A DNA stretch of 64,000 nt from Candidatus Scatosoma sp. (GTDB lineage: Bacteria > Bacillota > Clostridia > Christensenellales > Borkfalkiaceae), in contig JAZNDR010000051.1 of the NCBI GenBank assembly GCA_045588185.1, positions 5,132 through 69,131 of the forward strand, written 5' to 3'. Under the pieces are notes generated by a model, which did not search any database, was not told the origin of the DNA, and worked only from the letters and a program-made list of their open reading frames with translations. Of the stretch, positions 7,038 to 15,904 are shown in pieces. The stretch's first letter is position 1. Every line of letters starts with the position of its first letter. Both the position numbers and the translations under genes were made by a program.

Positions 7038-8058
7038 ATGAGAGGCATAAAATATACAGCAAGAGAGAAAGAAAAAGCCTTGAAAATGTGGCTGGTTGAG
7101 AAAGTGGACGTTATGAAAGTAACGCGGATTTTCAAGTGTACGGAACGGAGCCTGTGGCGATGGAAAGCAAAATACGACGGCACAACGGAAAGTTTGCAAA
7201 ACGGGTCGTGTCGTCCTCTTACGCCGCACCCGAACGCGCACACGCAGGACGAACGGGAGCATATCGTCGAGATATTAAAAGAGCACCCCGATATTACCTA
7301 CGCGGAGGCGTTGGGCGAGTTGCGGACAAAGTACGGCTATTCTCGTACATATTTCGGCTTTTACCAGTATGTCGTTAAAAACGGGTTAAGACCGTCCAAA
7401 GAAGAACGAAACCACTATGTACCCCAGCCGTACTTTACGCCCGAAATGCTGGGCTTAAAATGGCAAATGGACGTAAAATACGTGCCTCTTATTTGCAATA
7501 TCGGCGAATTTGCCGAAGAAAGATTATACCAATACACAATGATTGACGAGGCAACGCGCGAGCGATTCCTGTACCCTTACAAGGAAAAGAGTAGCGCGTC
7601 AACGGTGGATTTCGTAAAACGGGCGATTTTATATTTCGGCTACGTTCCCGAAACGATACAAACGGATAATGGCACCGAATTTACAAACCCGAAACATACG
7701 AACGAGGGGAAAGTGCACGCGCTTGATAAACTATTAAAGCGTTTGCGTATCGACCATAAACTAATCCGACCTTATACGCCGCGCCATAACGGCAAGGTAG
7801 AGCGTTCCCACAGGAGCGACAGCGAGGGATTCTATAAAATCCTGCGTTTCAAAACCTTTGAGGAATTACGCGAGAAAATGCGCGAGTGGAACGTGCGCTA
7901 TAATAACCGCCCCCCATTCCCAACTTTTAGACAGGAACGGCAAGCGGAAGTGGTGGAGCCCGATTCAAAAGAGAAATGACCTGCTGGAAATACTCAAAGA
8001 AAATCGGGAAGAAGAAACCGAGTATAAAGTACGTTTCATAAAACAAAAAGCCGCGTAA
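7038..8058 (+). mobile_element. IS481-like (rve-family DDE) transposase gene, interrupted by a frameshift
   Basis: N-terminal HTH-like region, then D...D...E core motifs WQMDVKYV, IQTDNGTEFT and RPYTPRHNGKVERSHR. AGGAGG RBS precedes ATG 7038. At the C6 run 7910-7915 the frame shifts. Removing one C joins ...YNNRP to HSQLLDRNGKRKWWSPIQKRNDLL... and runs on to the stop at 8058. Terminal inverted repeats were not identified. Confidence 0.7.
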
Positions 8059-8132
8059 GCGCGTAAAACTCAATTTATAGCCCTACTTTTTCACGGGTAG
8101 GGTAATTATCCTGTGCGCCCAAATGAAAATGC

Positions 8133-8161
8133 TTGACTTTTTCGGCGAAAATTCATATACT
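8133..8161 (+). promoter_or_regulatory. sigma-A-type promoter (TTGACT-17-TATACT)
   Basis: Hexamers at 8133-8138 and 8156-8161 with an exact 17-nt spacer. No annotated gene lies immediately downstream. Confidence 0.4.
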
Positions 8162-8219
8162 TGTAATGTGGATTTTTTGAAAGGGCGTTATTTTTATGCC
8201 CTAAAATCGGGGTTGAAAA

Positions 8220-8354
8220 ATGGAAAAAATAAAAAAATTAAAAAAATTTCAAAAATTTTCAAAAAACCCCTGCGAAATGATTGACAAATATCAGTTTTTT
8301 TGCGGTCAAACTATTGATAAATGTAAAAAAAAATGCTATAATAATAGAGTATAG
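8220..8354 (+). CDS. possible small ORF (44 aa, Lys-rich, 4 Cys) just upstream of ftsK
   Basis: MEKIKKLKKFQKFSKNPCEMIDKYQFFCGQTIDKCKKKCYNNRV. It is open for 45 codons in a very AT-rich spacer and sits about 60 nt downstream of the 8133 promoter. The RBS is weak (GGGG), and the N-terminus derives from poly-A low complexity. Confidence 0.25.
   Translation: MEKIKKLKKFQKFSKNPCEMIDKYQFFCGQTIDKCKKKCYNNRV
8314..8342 (+). promoter_or_regulatory. sigma-A-type promoter for ftsK (TTGATA-17-TGcTATAAT)
   Basis: Hexamers at 8314-8319 and 8337-8342, a 17-nt spacer and an extended -10 TG. Confidence 0.5.
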
Positions 8355-8372
8355 ACAGGAGGTATATAACCT

Positions 8373-11300
8373 TTGCGCAATAAAGAGAAGAAAGAAAAAG
8401 TTAATAAGAGGGAATCCGATTTAGTTACGAAAGAAAGCCTGAGCGCGGTATGCGCCCTGTTTTCGTTGCTTGCACTTTTGATTTTATTTACCAACTCGCT
8501 CGTATTCGGCGAGGTTATCGGGGGCACGATTCACGCCTTTTTGACGGGCGTATTCGGGTATATGGCATACCCCGTGCTTTTGGGTGCGCTGTACTTATCC
8601 GTGACTTCCTTAATCGGGAAACGGTTTGTAAAAAACAGACGGGCAGGTACTTATATTGCGTTGACCGTCATTTTTATAGCTCTTTTGGTACATACGGCAA
8701 TTACCTATTCGTGGGCGAAAGAGGGGTATCTCGCAAAATGCTTTGAGGCAGGCGAGGCTTTCCCCGCCGCAACCGCCGCAGGCTGGCTGGGCGGATTGCT
8801 TGTTTACGCACTTTCGTCTATTACGACGGACGTCGGGTCCATCGTTATCTTTTCTCTATTGATTTTGTTTTTCGGGTATCTTTCCTATATCAGTATTAAA
8901 AAGGGTAATCCCCAAAAACAACAAACGGAACAAAAAGCGGAAGCCCAAAACGCACCCGTTGAAATCCCGCTTTCCAGCGTGTCTAAGCCCGAGGAACAGC
9001 CGATGCCTGCTCCCGCGCCCGTTGCGCAAAACGCCTATGCGTACAGCGAGGTAACGACTCCGCAACGCCCCGCGTTTACCCTGTCGGACGAAATGGCACA
9101 AGCGGAAAACACTCCCCAAGAACCCAAACGGGAAAGCACGGCGTTTTCGCCGTTCGGCTTTGGCAGAGATACCGTGGAAACGGAGAACGATACCGTTCGC
9201 AATACTTACGAAAACAGCCGAGAATTTTTGTTCGGCTCTACTCCTGCGGAGAACTATAAACGCAATCTTATTTTTGATCCCAACGCACGGGTAAATCAAC
9301 GCCCGTCCGTCGATCCGAGCGCAAACCCGTCCGTATCGGTCGGTTTTACGCCGTCCTATTCCGAATCGTATCAAGCGTCCGTCAACGAGGGAAGCGATAG
9401 ACCGTTAAAAATCGTGTCCGACGGAAATTATACAGGCGAGCCGTACACGCAAGAGATTGCGCCCGCGGAAACAATCGAGCCGTTACGTCCGATCGAAGAA
9501 CCGCCCGTAACGCCGCAACCTACCCTTTCTTATCCCACTTACGAAGAACCGAAAGAGGAAGAGGAAACCTATTATACCGACCGTGAAACGGTGCGCGAAG
9601 AAGAACTTATGCCTACTCGCGACGGGGAATACAGCCGTCACGATTATATGGATTTATTCTCTCCCGCCAACCCCAACGTATTCGGTAACGACGAGGCAGG
9701 CAGAGCGATGGCGGAAGAAACCTTTTCCCGCCGTACGGAAGAAGAACCCGAAACGGAGCGTACCTTCTCCCGCGAGGACGAGCTTTCCGTGTTTGACCGC
9801 AATCCCGAACCCTTGGAAGAGAGGGGCAGAAACGCCATAGATATATTTGACGAAGAAGAAACGGTAGAGGAAGACCCTTATACTTTGCGCGATTCGTACG
9901 ACGAACCGCAAAGAGGGGGATTTGAAACGGAGCGCGAAGTCCGTCGTTTCGTCGAGCCCGCGCCGATAGAAGAAAAGCCCGAGCCCGTACGCCCGCAACC
10001 CGAGCCTACGCCCCCGCCTCCCCCCAAGCCCCGTGTGATTCGTCCTTACGTGCGCGTTCCTCTTGACGACTTTGATTGCCGTGACGTAGAACCCACGCAA
10101 AACCACGAGGAAGTAGAGGAAACGAAAGCGAACATTATCGCAACGCTTGAAGAATTCAAGGTAACGGGCGCGGCGATTGCGTCCGTAACCTTTGGACCGA
10201 CCGTTACACGCTATAACGTAACCATTCCCCGTAACATTTCTCCAAGGAAAGTCGTTGCGCTCGATCAGCCGATCGCGCTCAGCTTACATTCCAACGGCGT
10301 AAATATTTATCCCAACTACGAGGACGGCGTCGTTAGTATTGAAGTGCCGAATAAAGACAGACAATTCGTACAGCTTGGCTGTATGCTTGCAGGGGATACC
10401 TTCGTCAATGCCAAATCCTCGTCCATTATGTTCACGATGGGTAAGGACGCAGGCAACCGCAAGGTCTACGGCGATATTTCCAAAATGATACACTTACTCG
10501 TGGCAGGCTCGTCCGGCTCAGGTAAGAGCGTATTCTTGGGCTCGCTTATTATTAGCTTGATTTATAAGTATTCGCCCGAAGAATTACGATTGATTTTGAT
10601 TGACCCGAAAAAGACGGAATTCGTTTTATACAATGACCTTCCGCATTTGATGATAAACGAAATCATTACCGACGCAAACAAAGCGGTGCAGAGCTTGAAC
10701 TGGGCGATAGGCGAAATGAACCGCCGTTACGGACTGTTTGAAAAAATGAGCCGTGCGGGTACCTACGTCGTCAACCTCGACCAATACAATTCTCACGTGG
10801 AGAAAGCCGAACGCTTGCCGAAAATCGTCATCATCATTGACGAGCTTGCCGATTTAATGCTCGCGGCGAAGAAAGACATTGAAGACCGTATTCAAAATCT
10901 TACGCAAAAGGCGCGCGCGGCAGGTATTCACCTCGTTGTAGCAACCCAACGCCCCTCGACGGATGTTATCACGGGCGTTATCAAGAGCAACCTGCCTACC
11001 CGTATCGCATTCGCCGTGGCAACCGACGTTGACTCCCGCGTTATTCTCGACCAAACGGGCGCACAAAAATTGCTCGGTAAGGGCGACTTCCTGTACACGA
11101 TGCAGGGCATTAACACGCCCGTGCGTGTGCAGAGTGCCTTTATCTCGTCCGAGGATTCGCAACGGGTGGTAAATTTCATCAAAGCCAACAACGAAGCCTA
11201 TTACGACGAGGAAGCGACGGCGTTTATCAACAATTCAAGAAGCGGAAACGAAGGTGGTTCTATGGGCAGAGGGGACGAAATCGAGCCCGTCTACATCGAC

Positions 11301-11498
11301 GCTTTGCGCTACGTTATCCTCAGCAACAGCGCGTCCATTTCCCTCATTCAGCGTAAATGCTCGATAGGCTATAACAAAGCGGGGAAAATTGTCGAATGGA
11401 TGGAGGATATGGGCTACATATCCAGCTTTGACGGCGCAAAAGCAAGAAAGGTGCTCATCACCAAAGAGGAGTTCGAAAGCAAATACGGCTCTCTTTGA
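8373..11498 (+). CDS. ftsK: DNA translocase FtsK/SpoIIIE
   Basis: TTG start 10 nt after AGGAGG. N-terminal TM segments, a long Pro/Glu-rich linker, Walker A GSSGSGKS, a motor domain, and a C-terminal winged-helix gamma-like domain (ISLIQRKCSIGYNKAGKIVEWME). Confidence 0.9.
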   Translation: MRNKEKKEKVNKRESDLVTKESLSAVCALFSLLALLILFTNSLVFGEVIGGTIHAFLTGVFGYMAYPVLLGALYLSVTSLIGKRFVKNRRAGTYIALTVIFIALLVHTAITYSWAKEGYLAKCFEAGEAFPAATAAGWLGGLLVYALSSITTDVGSIVIFSLLILFFGYLSYISIKKGNPQKQQTEQKAEAQNAPVEIPLSSVSKPEEQPMPAPAPVAQNAYAYSEVTTPQRPAFTLSDEMAQAENTPQEPKRESTAFSPFGFGRDTVETENDTVRNTYENSREFLFGSTPAENYKRNLIFDPNARVNQRPSVDPSANPSVSVGFTPSYSESYQASVNEGSDRPLKIVSDGNYTGEPYTQEIAPAETIEPLRPIEEPPVTPQPTLSYPTYEEPKEEEETYYTDRETVREEELMPTRDGEYSRHDYMDLFSPANPNVFGNDEAGRAMAEETFSRRTEEEPETERTFSREDELSVFDRNPEPLEERGRNAIDIFDEEETVEEDPYTLRDSYDEPQRGGFETEREVRRFVEPAPIEEKPEPVRPQPEPTPPPPPKPRVIRPYVRVPLDDFDCRDVEPTQNHEEVEETKANIIATLEEFKVTGAAIASVTFGPTVTRYNVTIPRNISPRKVVALDQPIALSLHSNGVNIYPNYEDGVVSIEVPNKDRQFVQLGCMLAGDTFVNAKSSSIMFTMGKDAGNRKVYGDISKMIHLLVAGSSGSGKSVFLGSLIISLIYKYSPEELRLILIDPKKTEFVLYNDLPHLMINEIITDANKAVQSLNWAIGEMNRRYGLFEKMSRAGTYVVNLDQYNSHVEKAERLPKIVIIIDELADLMLAAKKDIEDRIQNLTQKARAAGIHLVVATQRPSTDVITGVIKSNLPTRIAFAVATDVDSRVILDQTGAQKLLGKGDFLYTMQGINTPVRVQSAFISSEDSQRVVNFIKANNEAYYDEEATAFINNSRSGNEGGSMGRGDEIEPVYIDALRYVILSNSASISLIQRKCSIGYNKAGKIVEWMEDMGYISSFDGAKARKVLITKEEFESKYGSL

Positions 11499-11546
11499 TA
11501 CCACTTATAATTTTAAGTAACGCGCGTGCGCGTAAAAGGCAAAAGC

Positions 11547-12878
11547 ATGTTATCAGGTAAAATTTTCGGAGTAATTTCCCTCGGTTGCGATAAAAACCGC
11601 GTCGATACGGAAAAACTCCTCGGCTTATTAAAACGAAAGGGCTGCGCGCTTACAGACGACCTTTCCAAAGCGCAAATACTTATCGTCAATACTTGCGCGT
11701 TTTTGCAATCGGCGAGAGAGGAAGCAATCCAAACCGTTCTCGAAAGCGCCGATTATAAACGCGGTGCTTTGGAAAAAATAGTAGTAACGGGTTGCTTGCC
11801 TCAAAAATTTATCAGCGAGCTGTTTGAACCGTTGACGGAAGCGGATATCTTCCTTGGTATCAACGATTACGAACGGATTTTCGAAGCGTTAGAGGAAAGT
11901 TACCGTAGCGGTAAAAGAGTAAATTTCGTGGGGACGGGCTCGGACGGCTATTCGTTCGACCGCGTTATCACGACGGACGAGCATTACGCGTATTTAAAAA
12001 TCGCAGACGGCTGTTATAACCACTGCACCTACTGTTTAATTCCCAAAATTCGGGGCAAATACCGCTCTTATCCAATGGAAAATATTGTAAAAGAAGCGGA
12101 AGAATTAGGCGAAGTGGCAGAGCTCATACTCGTAGCGCAAGACACCACGAGATACGGGGAAGACCTGTACGGCAAAAACCGCTTTGCCGAGCTAATCCAA
12201 AAGCTTTCACAGCTTGATAATATCCAAAAAATCCGCTTACTTTATTGCTATCCCGACGTGATTAGCGACGAGCTGATTGAAGAAATCGCCACAAACGATA
12301 AGGTTTTGAAATATATAGATATTCCCTTGCAACACTCGGAAAACAGAGTATTAAAGCTAATGAATCGCAAGGGCACGCGGGAAAAATACCTTGCACTTTT
12401 TAAAAAGTTACGCGCGCGTATTCCCGAAATTGCGATACGCTCCACCTTTATCAGCGGTTTTCCCTCGGAAACGGAAGCGGAATTTGAGGCAATGCAATCG
12501 TTTTTAAAAGAAGCGCGCCTGTTCAATTGCGGTTTTTTCGCGTACTCACGCGAGCCGGATACGGCGGCGTACCGAATGAAAGGACAGATACACCACGCCA
12601 CGAAAAAACGGCGGGTAAAAGCGTTATACCAAACGCAGGAACGGATATCGGCGGAAATCCTAAACGGCTTTGTCGGCAAGAAAATAGAGGTCGTTTGCGA
12701 CGGTATCGACTATGAAAAAAATTGTTTCGTTGGCAGAGCGTATTTTAACGCACCCGACATCGACGGAAAAGTTTATTTTAACGCGGGGGAGGCAACCCAA
12801 GGCGAAACCTACCTTGTGGAAATCACCCGCGCGGACAGTTACGATTTATACGGTAAAACGGAGGATTATATATTATGA
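11547..12878 (+). CDS. rimO: ribosomal protein S12 methylthiotransferase RimO
   Basis: ISLGCDKNRVDTE N-terminal MTTase motif, radical-SAM CYNHCTYC, and a C-terminal TRAM-like domain. Start moved to ATG 11547. Confidence 0.75.
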   Translation: MLSGKIFGVISLGCDKNRVDTEKLLGLLKRKGCALTDDLSKAQILIVNTCAFLQSAREEAIQTVLESADYKRGALEKIVVTGCLPQKFISELFEPLTEADIFLGINDYERIFEALEESYRSGKRVNFVGTGSDGYSFDRVITTDEHYAYLKIADGCYNHCTYCLIPKIRGKYRSYPMENIVKEAEELGEVAELILVAQDTTRYGEDLYGKNRFAELIQKLSQLDNIQKIRLLYCYPDVISDELIEEIATNDKVLKYIDIPLQHSENRVLKLMNRKGTREKYLALFKKLRARIPEIAIRSTFISGFPSETEAEFEAMQSFLKEARLFNCGFFAYSREPDTAAYRMKGQIHHATKKRRVKALYQTQERISAEILNGFVGKKIEVVCDGIDYEKNCFVGRAYFNAPDIDGKVYFNAGEATQGETYLVEITRADSYDLYGKTEDYIL

Positions 12879-13480
12879 ATTTACCTAACAAAATTTCCTT
12901 AACGAGAATTTGCATGATACCCATATTTGTGCTCGTATTCTTTTTAGACGGCGTATTGCCGTTTAATTACGGTATCGCGGCAATCGTTTTCGCCATCGCG
13001 GCTTGCACGGATTTTATCGACGGCAAAATCGCCCGTTCCCGCGGACTCGTTACCAACCTTGGCAAATTCCTTGACCCCATCGCGGATAAAGTGCTTATCG
13101 CCACGGCAACGGTATTATTATTGACAATGAAAAACAGCTTGTTCGCTATGCTTGGCACAGCGGAAAACGCCGTGTATATCGCTTCCGCAATCGCAATTTG
13201 TATCATTTTAGCAAGAGAATTGATTATCAGTGCATTCCGCCAAATCGCGGCGGCAAACGGAATCGTAATGGCAGCGGAAAAGCTTGGAAAATACAAAACC
13301 GCTTGTCAAGATTTTTCCGTATTCATTTTAATCTTAGCGGCGGATATTCCTTCGACGGCAGGCGTTATTGTAGCTTGGGTCGGGTTTGCGCTCTTTGCTT
13401 TGGCAACGGTACTTACCATTTGGTCGGGCATTTCCTACGTCGTAAAAAATAAACAGGTTTTAAAGGATAAAAAGGACTAA
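12875..13480 (+). CDS. pgsA: CDP-diacylglycerol--glycerol-3-phosphate 3-phosphatidyltransferase
   Basis: CDP-alcohol phosphatidyltransferase motif DFIDGKIARSRGLVTNLGKFLDPIADK. Multi-TM protein. ATGA overlap with rimO. Confidence 0.9.
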   Translation: MNLPNKISLTRICMIPIFVLVFFLDGVLPFNYGIAAIVFAIAACTDFIDGKIARSRGLVTNLGKFLDPIADKVLIATATVLLLTMKNSLFAMLGTAENAVYIASAIAICIILARELIISAFRQIAAANGIVMAAEKLGKYKTACQDFSVFILILAADIPSTAGVIVAWVGFALFALATVLTIWSGISYVVKNKQVLKDKKD

Positions 13481-13486
13481 ACCCTT

Positions 13487-14596
13487 ATGAAAAATGCGTG
13501 CGTGATTTTAAAAAATGAAAAGGGAGCGGACGAAAACGCGATTGCCTCGCTTTTCGACGCTTTTCGCGCGCAAGGCTATATTTTCGACGAGGTGCGGACG
13601 CTTCTCAACGCCGACACGGAAAAGCTCCGCACAGTATTAACCGAAGGAAAAAAGGAATACGAAAACCTCTTATTGCTCGCGGATAAATCGCAACTATCCG
13701 CGGTAAAATCAGCGGTTTCGCTTTCGGGCGTTTTTAAAGAGGATTCCTTCCAAGGCACAATCGACGGCGCAGGTGTTTTTAGCGATAAAACTAAATCGTT
13801 GCTTTTACTCTCTTTTGACGGCACGGAAACGGGAACAGGATATTTTCAAAGCGTGCTTTTACCCTATTTACAGCGCAAATACGGCAAAAAAACGGATAGA
13901 ACGGTCATTCGTTCGATAGGCGCAAACGAAGCGCATATTCGCTCGCTTTTAGCGAAAGCAAAGCTCATCGACGGCGGGCAAATGCAATATTTTCACACGC
14001 GCCGTTACGATGAGGATATCATTGAAATTCTTTACGACGAAAATATCTCTAAACGCTTGGAAAGCGACGTGCTTCGCGTTTTTGCCGAGGGACTCGGCGA
14101 TACCGTATACGCGCTTGACGATACGCCGCTTGGTGAACAGCTCGTGCGGTTACTTAAATTACGCGGTAAAAAAATCAGTGTTGCGGAATCGTTCACGGGC
14201 GGTGGAGTCGGTAGACGAATCGTATCCGTATCAGGTGCAAGCGAGGTGTATTTCGAGGGCTTGAATACGTATGACGAGCTTTCTAAAATGAAACGCTTGG
14301 GCGTAACGGAATATACCCTTCGAAGCTACGGCGCAGTTTCCGATCAAACGGCGTACGAAATGGCGGCAGGGCTGATCGCAACGGGAAATTGCGATATATC
14401 CGTTGCCACGACGGGGCTTGCAGGACCTAAAACGGATCGTTCAATGTTGCCTGTGGGGCTTTGTTATATCGCAGTCGGAACACGGGAAAGAGTATTTGTT
14501 TATCGTTATAAATTCGACGGTACGAGAGAGGATATTACGGAAAAGGCAATCAATTATGCGTTATTTTTAGCGTATAAACAGCTGAAAACGATGTAG
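13487..14596 (+). CDS. cinA: CinA-family protein (C-terminal PncC/CinA domain; divergent N-terminal half)
   Basis: C-terminal ISVAESFTGGGVGRRI...VATTGLAGP matches the CinA/PncC domain. Its position between pgsA and recA is conserved. The N-terminal half lacks the usual MoCF-type motifs. Confidence 0.7.
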   Translation: MKNACVILKNEKGADENAIASLFDAFRAQGYIFDEVRTLLNADTEKLRTVLTEGKKEYENLLLLADKSQLSAVKSAVSLSGVFKEDSFQGTIDGAGVFSDKTKSLLLLSFDGTETGTGYFQSVLLPYLQRKYGKKTDRTVIRSIGANEAHIRSLLAKAKLIDGGQMQYFHTRRYDEDIIEILYDENISKRLESDVLRVFAEGLGDTVYALDDTPLGEQLVRLLKLRGKKISVAESFTGGGVGRRIVSVSGASEVYFEGLNTYDELSKMKRLGVTEYTLRSYGAVSDQTAYEMAAGLIATGNCDISVATTGLAGPKTDRSMLPVGLCYIAVGTRERVFVYRYKFDGTREDITEKAINYALFLAYKQLKTM

Positions 14597-14635
14597 AATA
14601 TATATTATAAGGAAATAAAAAACAGGAGATATACT

Positions 14636-15670
14636 ATGGCAAACGAAAAAAACACGGAAAAAATGAAGGCGCTCGACGCCGTATTGTTGCAGATTGAAAA
14701 ACAGTACGGTAAAGGCTCGATTATGCGCCTTGGCGATGAGGCGGGAAACACGGAAATCGACGTCATTCCTTCGGGCTGTTTAACGCTCGATTTGGCACTT
14801 GGAATCGGCGGTTTTCCCCGCGGCAGAATTATCGAAATCTACGGTCCCGAATCTTCGGGTAAAACGACAGTCGCATTGCACGCAGTGGCAGAAGCGCAAA
14901 AAATGGGCGGCGTTGCCGCTTTCATCGACGCAGAACATGCGCTCGACCCCGTTTATGCAAAGAAGCTGGGCGTAAATCTTGACGACCTTTACGTTTCCCA
15001 ACCCGACACAGGCGAACAGGCGCTTGATATCGCAGACGCGCTCGTAAGAAGCTCCGCCGTCGATATCATCGTCGTAGACTCCGTTGCGGCGCTTACGCCG
15101 AAGGCGGAAATCGAAGGGGATATGGGCGATTCTCACGTCGGCTTGCAAGCACGCTTGATGTCGCAAGCACTTCGTAAATTGACGGCAATCGTCAATAAAT
15201 CCAAAACCTGCGTTATCTTTATCAACCAGCTCCGCGAAAAAGTGGGCGTTATGTTCGGTAACCCCGAAACGACTCCCGGCGGTAAGGCACTTAAATTCTA
15301 TGCAAGTATCCGTTTGGACGTAAGAAAAATGGACGTTTTAAAGGACGCAGAGGGCGCGATGGGTAACAGAACGAAAGCCAAAGTGGTAAAAAATAAGCTT
15401 GCGCCCCCTTTCCGTCAGGCAGAATTCGATATTGTATTCGGCGAGGGTATTTCGCAAGAGGGTTGTATTATCGACACGGGCGTACAGTACGAAGTTATCG
15501 GCAAGAGCGGTTCGTTTTTCAGCTATAACGGCAACAAGATTGCGCAAGGCAGAGAGAAGCTTCGCACCTATTTAAAGGAAAACCCCGAAATTCGTGCGGA
15601 AATTGAACAAAAAATCCGCGACGCGTCAAAGGGTGTAAAGGACGAAGCCGAAGCGGAAGCCGAGGAATAA
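14636..15670 (+). CDS. recA: recombinase RecA
   Basis: Walker [10 protein letters not shown], and the conserved FIDAEHALD and [21 protein letters not shown] segments. Confidence 0.98.
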   Translation: MANEKNTEKMKALDAVLLQIEKQYGKGSIMRLGDEAGNTEIDVIPSGCLTLDLALGIGGFPRGRIIEIYGPESSGKTTVALHAVAEAQKMGGVAAFIDAEHALDPVYAKKLGVNLDDLYVSQPDTGEQALDIADALVRSSAVDIIVVDSVAALTPKAEIEGDMGDSHVGLQARLMSQALRKLTAIVNKSKTCVIFINQLREKVGVMFGNPETTPGGKALKFYASIRLDVRKMDVLKDAEGAMGNRTKAKVVKNKLAPPFRQAEFDIVFGEGISQEGCIIDTGVQYEVIGKSGSFFSYNGNKIAQGREKLRTYLKENPEIRAEIEQKIRDASKGVKDEAEAEAEE

Positions 15671-15700
15671 AAACAAGTTTTTTATAAGAAAAAAACAAAA

Positions 15701-15734
15701 ATGCGGGAGGCAGGTATGCGTTCTCGCATTTTTT
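15701..15734 (+). terminator. intrinsic terminator after recA
   Basis: 8-bp stem ATGCGGGA / TCTCGCAT (one G-U pair) followed by T5. Confidence 0.6.
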
Positions 15735-15779
15735 GTATAAATTATTTTCCGTTGATAGCAAGTATTTTCCATCAAACAA

Positions 15780-15808
15780 TTGACTTTTTGAAAAATATAT
15801 TGTAAAAT
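15780..15808 (+). promoter_or_regulatory. sigma-A-type promoter for rny (TTGACT-17-TGtTAAAAT)
   Basis: Hexamers at 15780-15785 and 15803-15808 with a 17-nt spacer. Confidence 0.5.
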
Positions 15809-15904
15809 AGTATTCGATAGAAAAAATTATAAGTCGGACTTATTCCAAAGTTCCGTTGAAATAATGGTTTTATCAATTTAATTTTAATACAGGAGGCACA
15901 AAAA

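Noticed and set aside
6900-8130. Terminal inverted repeats defining the IS boundaries
   Set aside because: I compared the sequence left of 7038 with the reverse complement of 8059-8200. Only short A/T-rich matches (GATTTTTT...) appeared, so the boundaries were left undefined.
6583-8266. Similar A/T-rich strings (ATTTTCAAAAAATTTTAGAAAAAA at ~6583 and ATTTCAAAAATTTTCAAAAAAC at ~8245) as att-type or target-site direct repeats flanking the IS
   Set aside because: The sequence is low-complexity, the match is imperfect, and it is not adjacent to any identifiable IS terminus. Chance similarity cannot be excluded.
14597-14635. LexA/SOS boxes upstream of recA (and of recN at 53027-53052)
   Set aside because: No GAAC-N4-GTTC or AAAC-N4-GTTT element is visible in these short intergenic regions. 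The promoters may lie inside the upstream genes.
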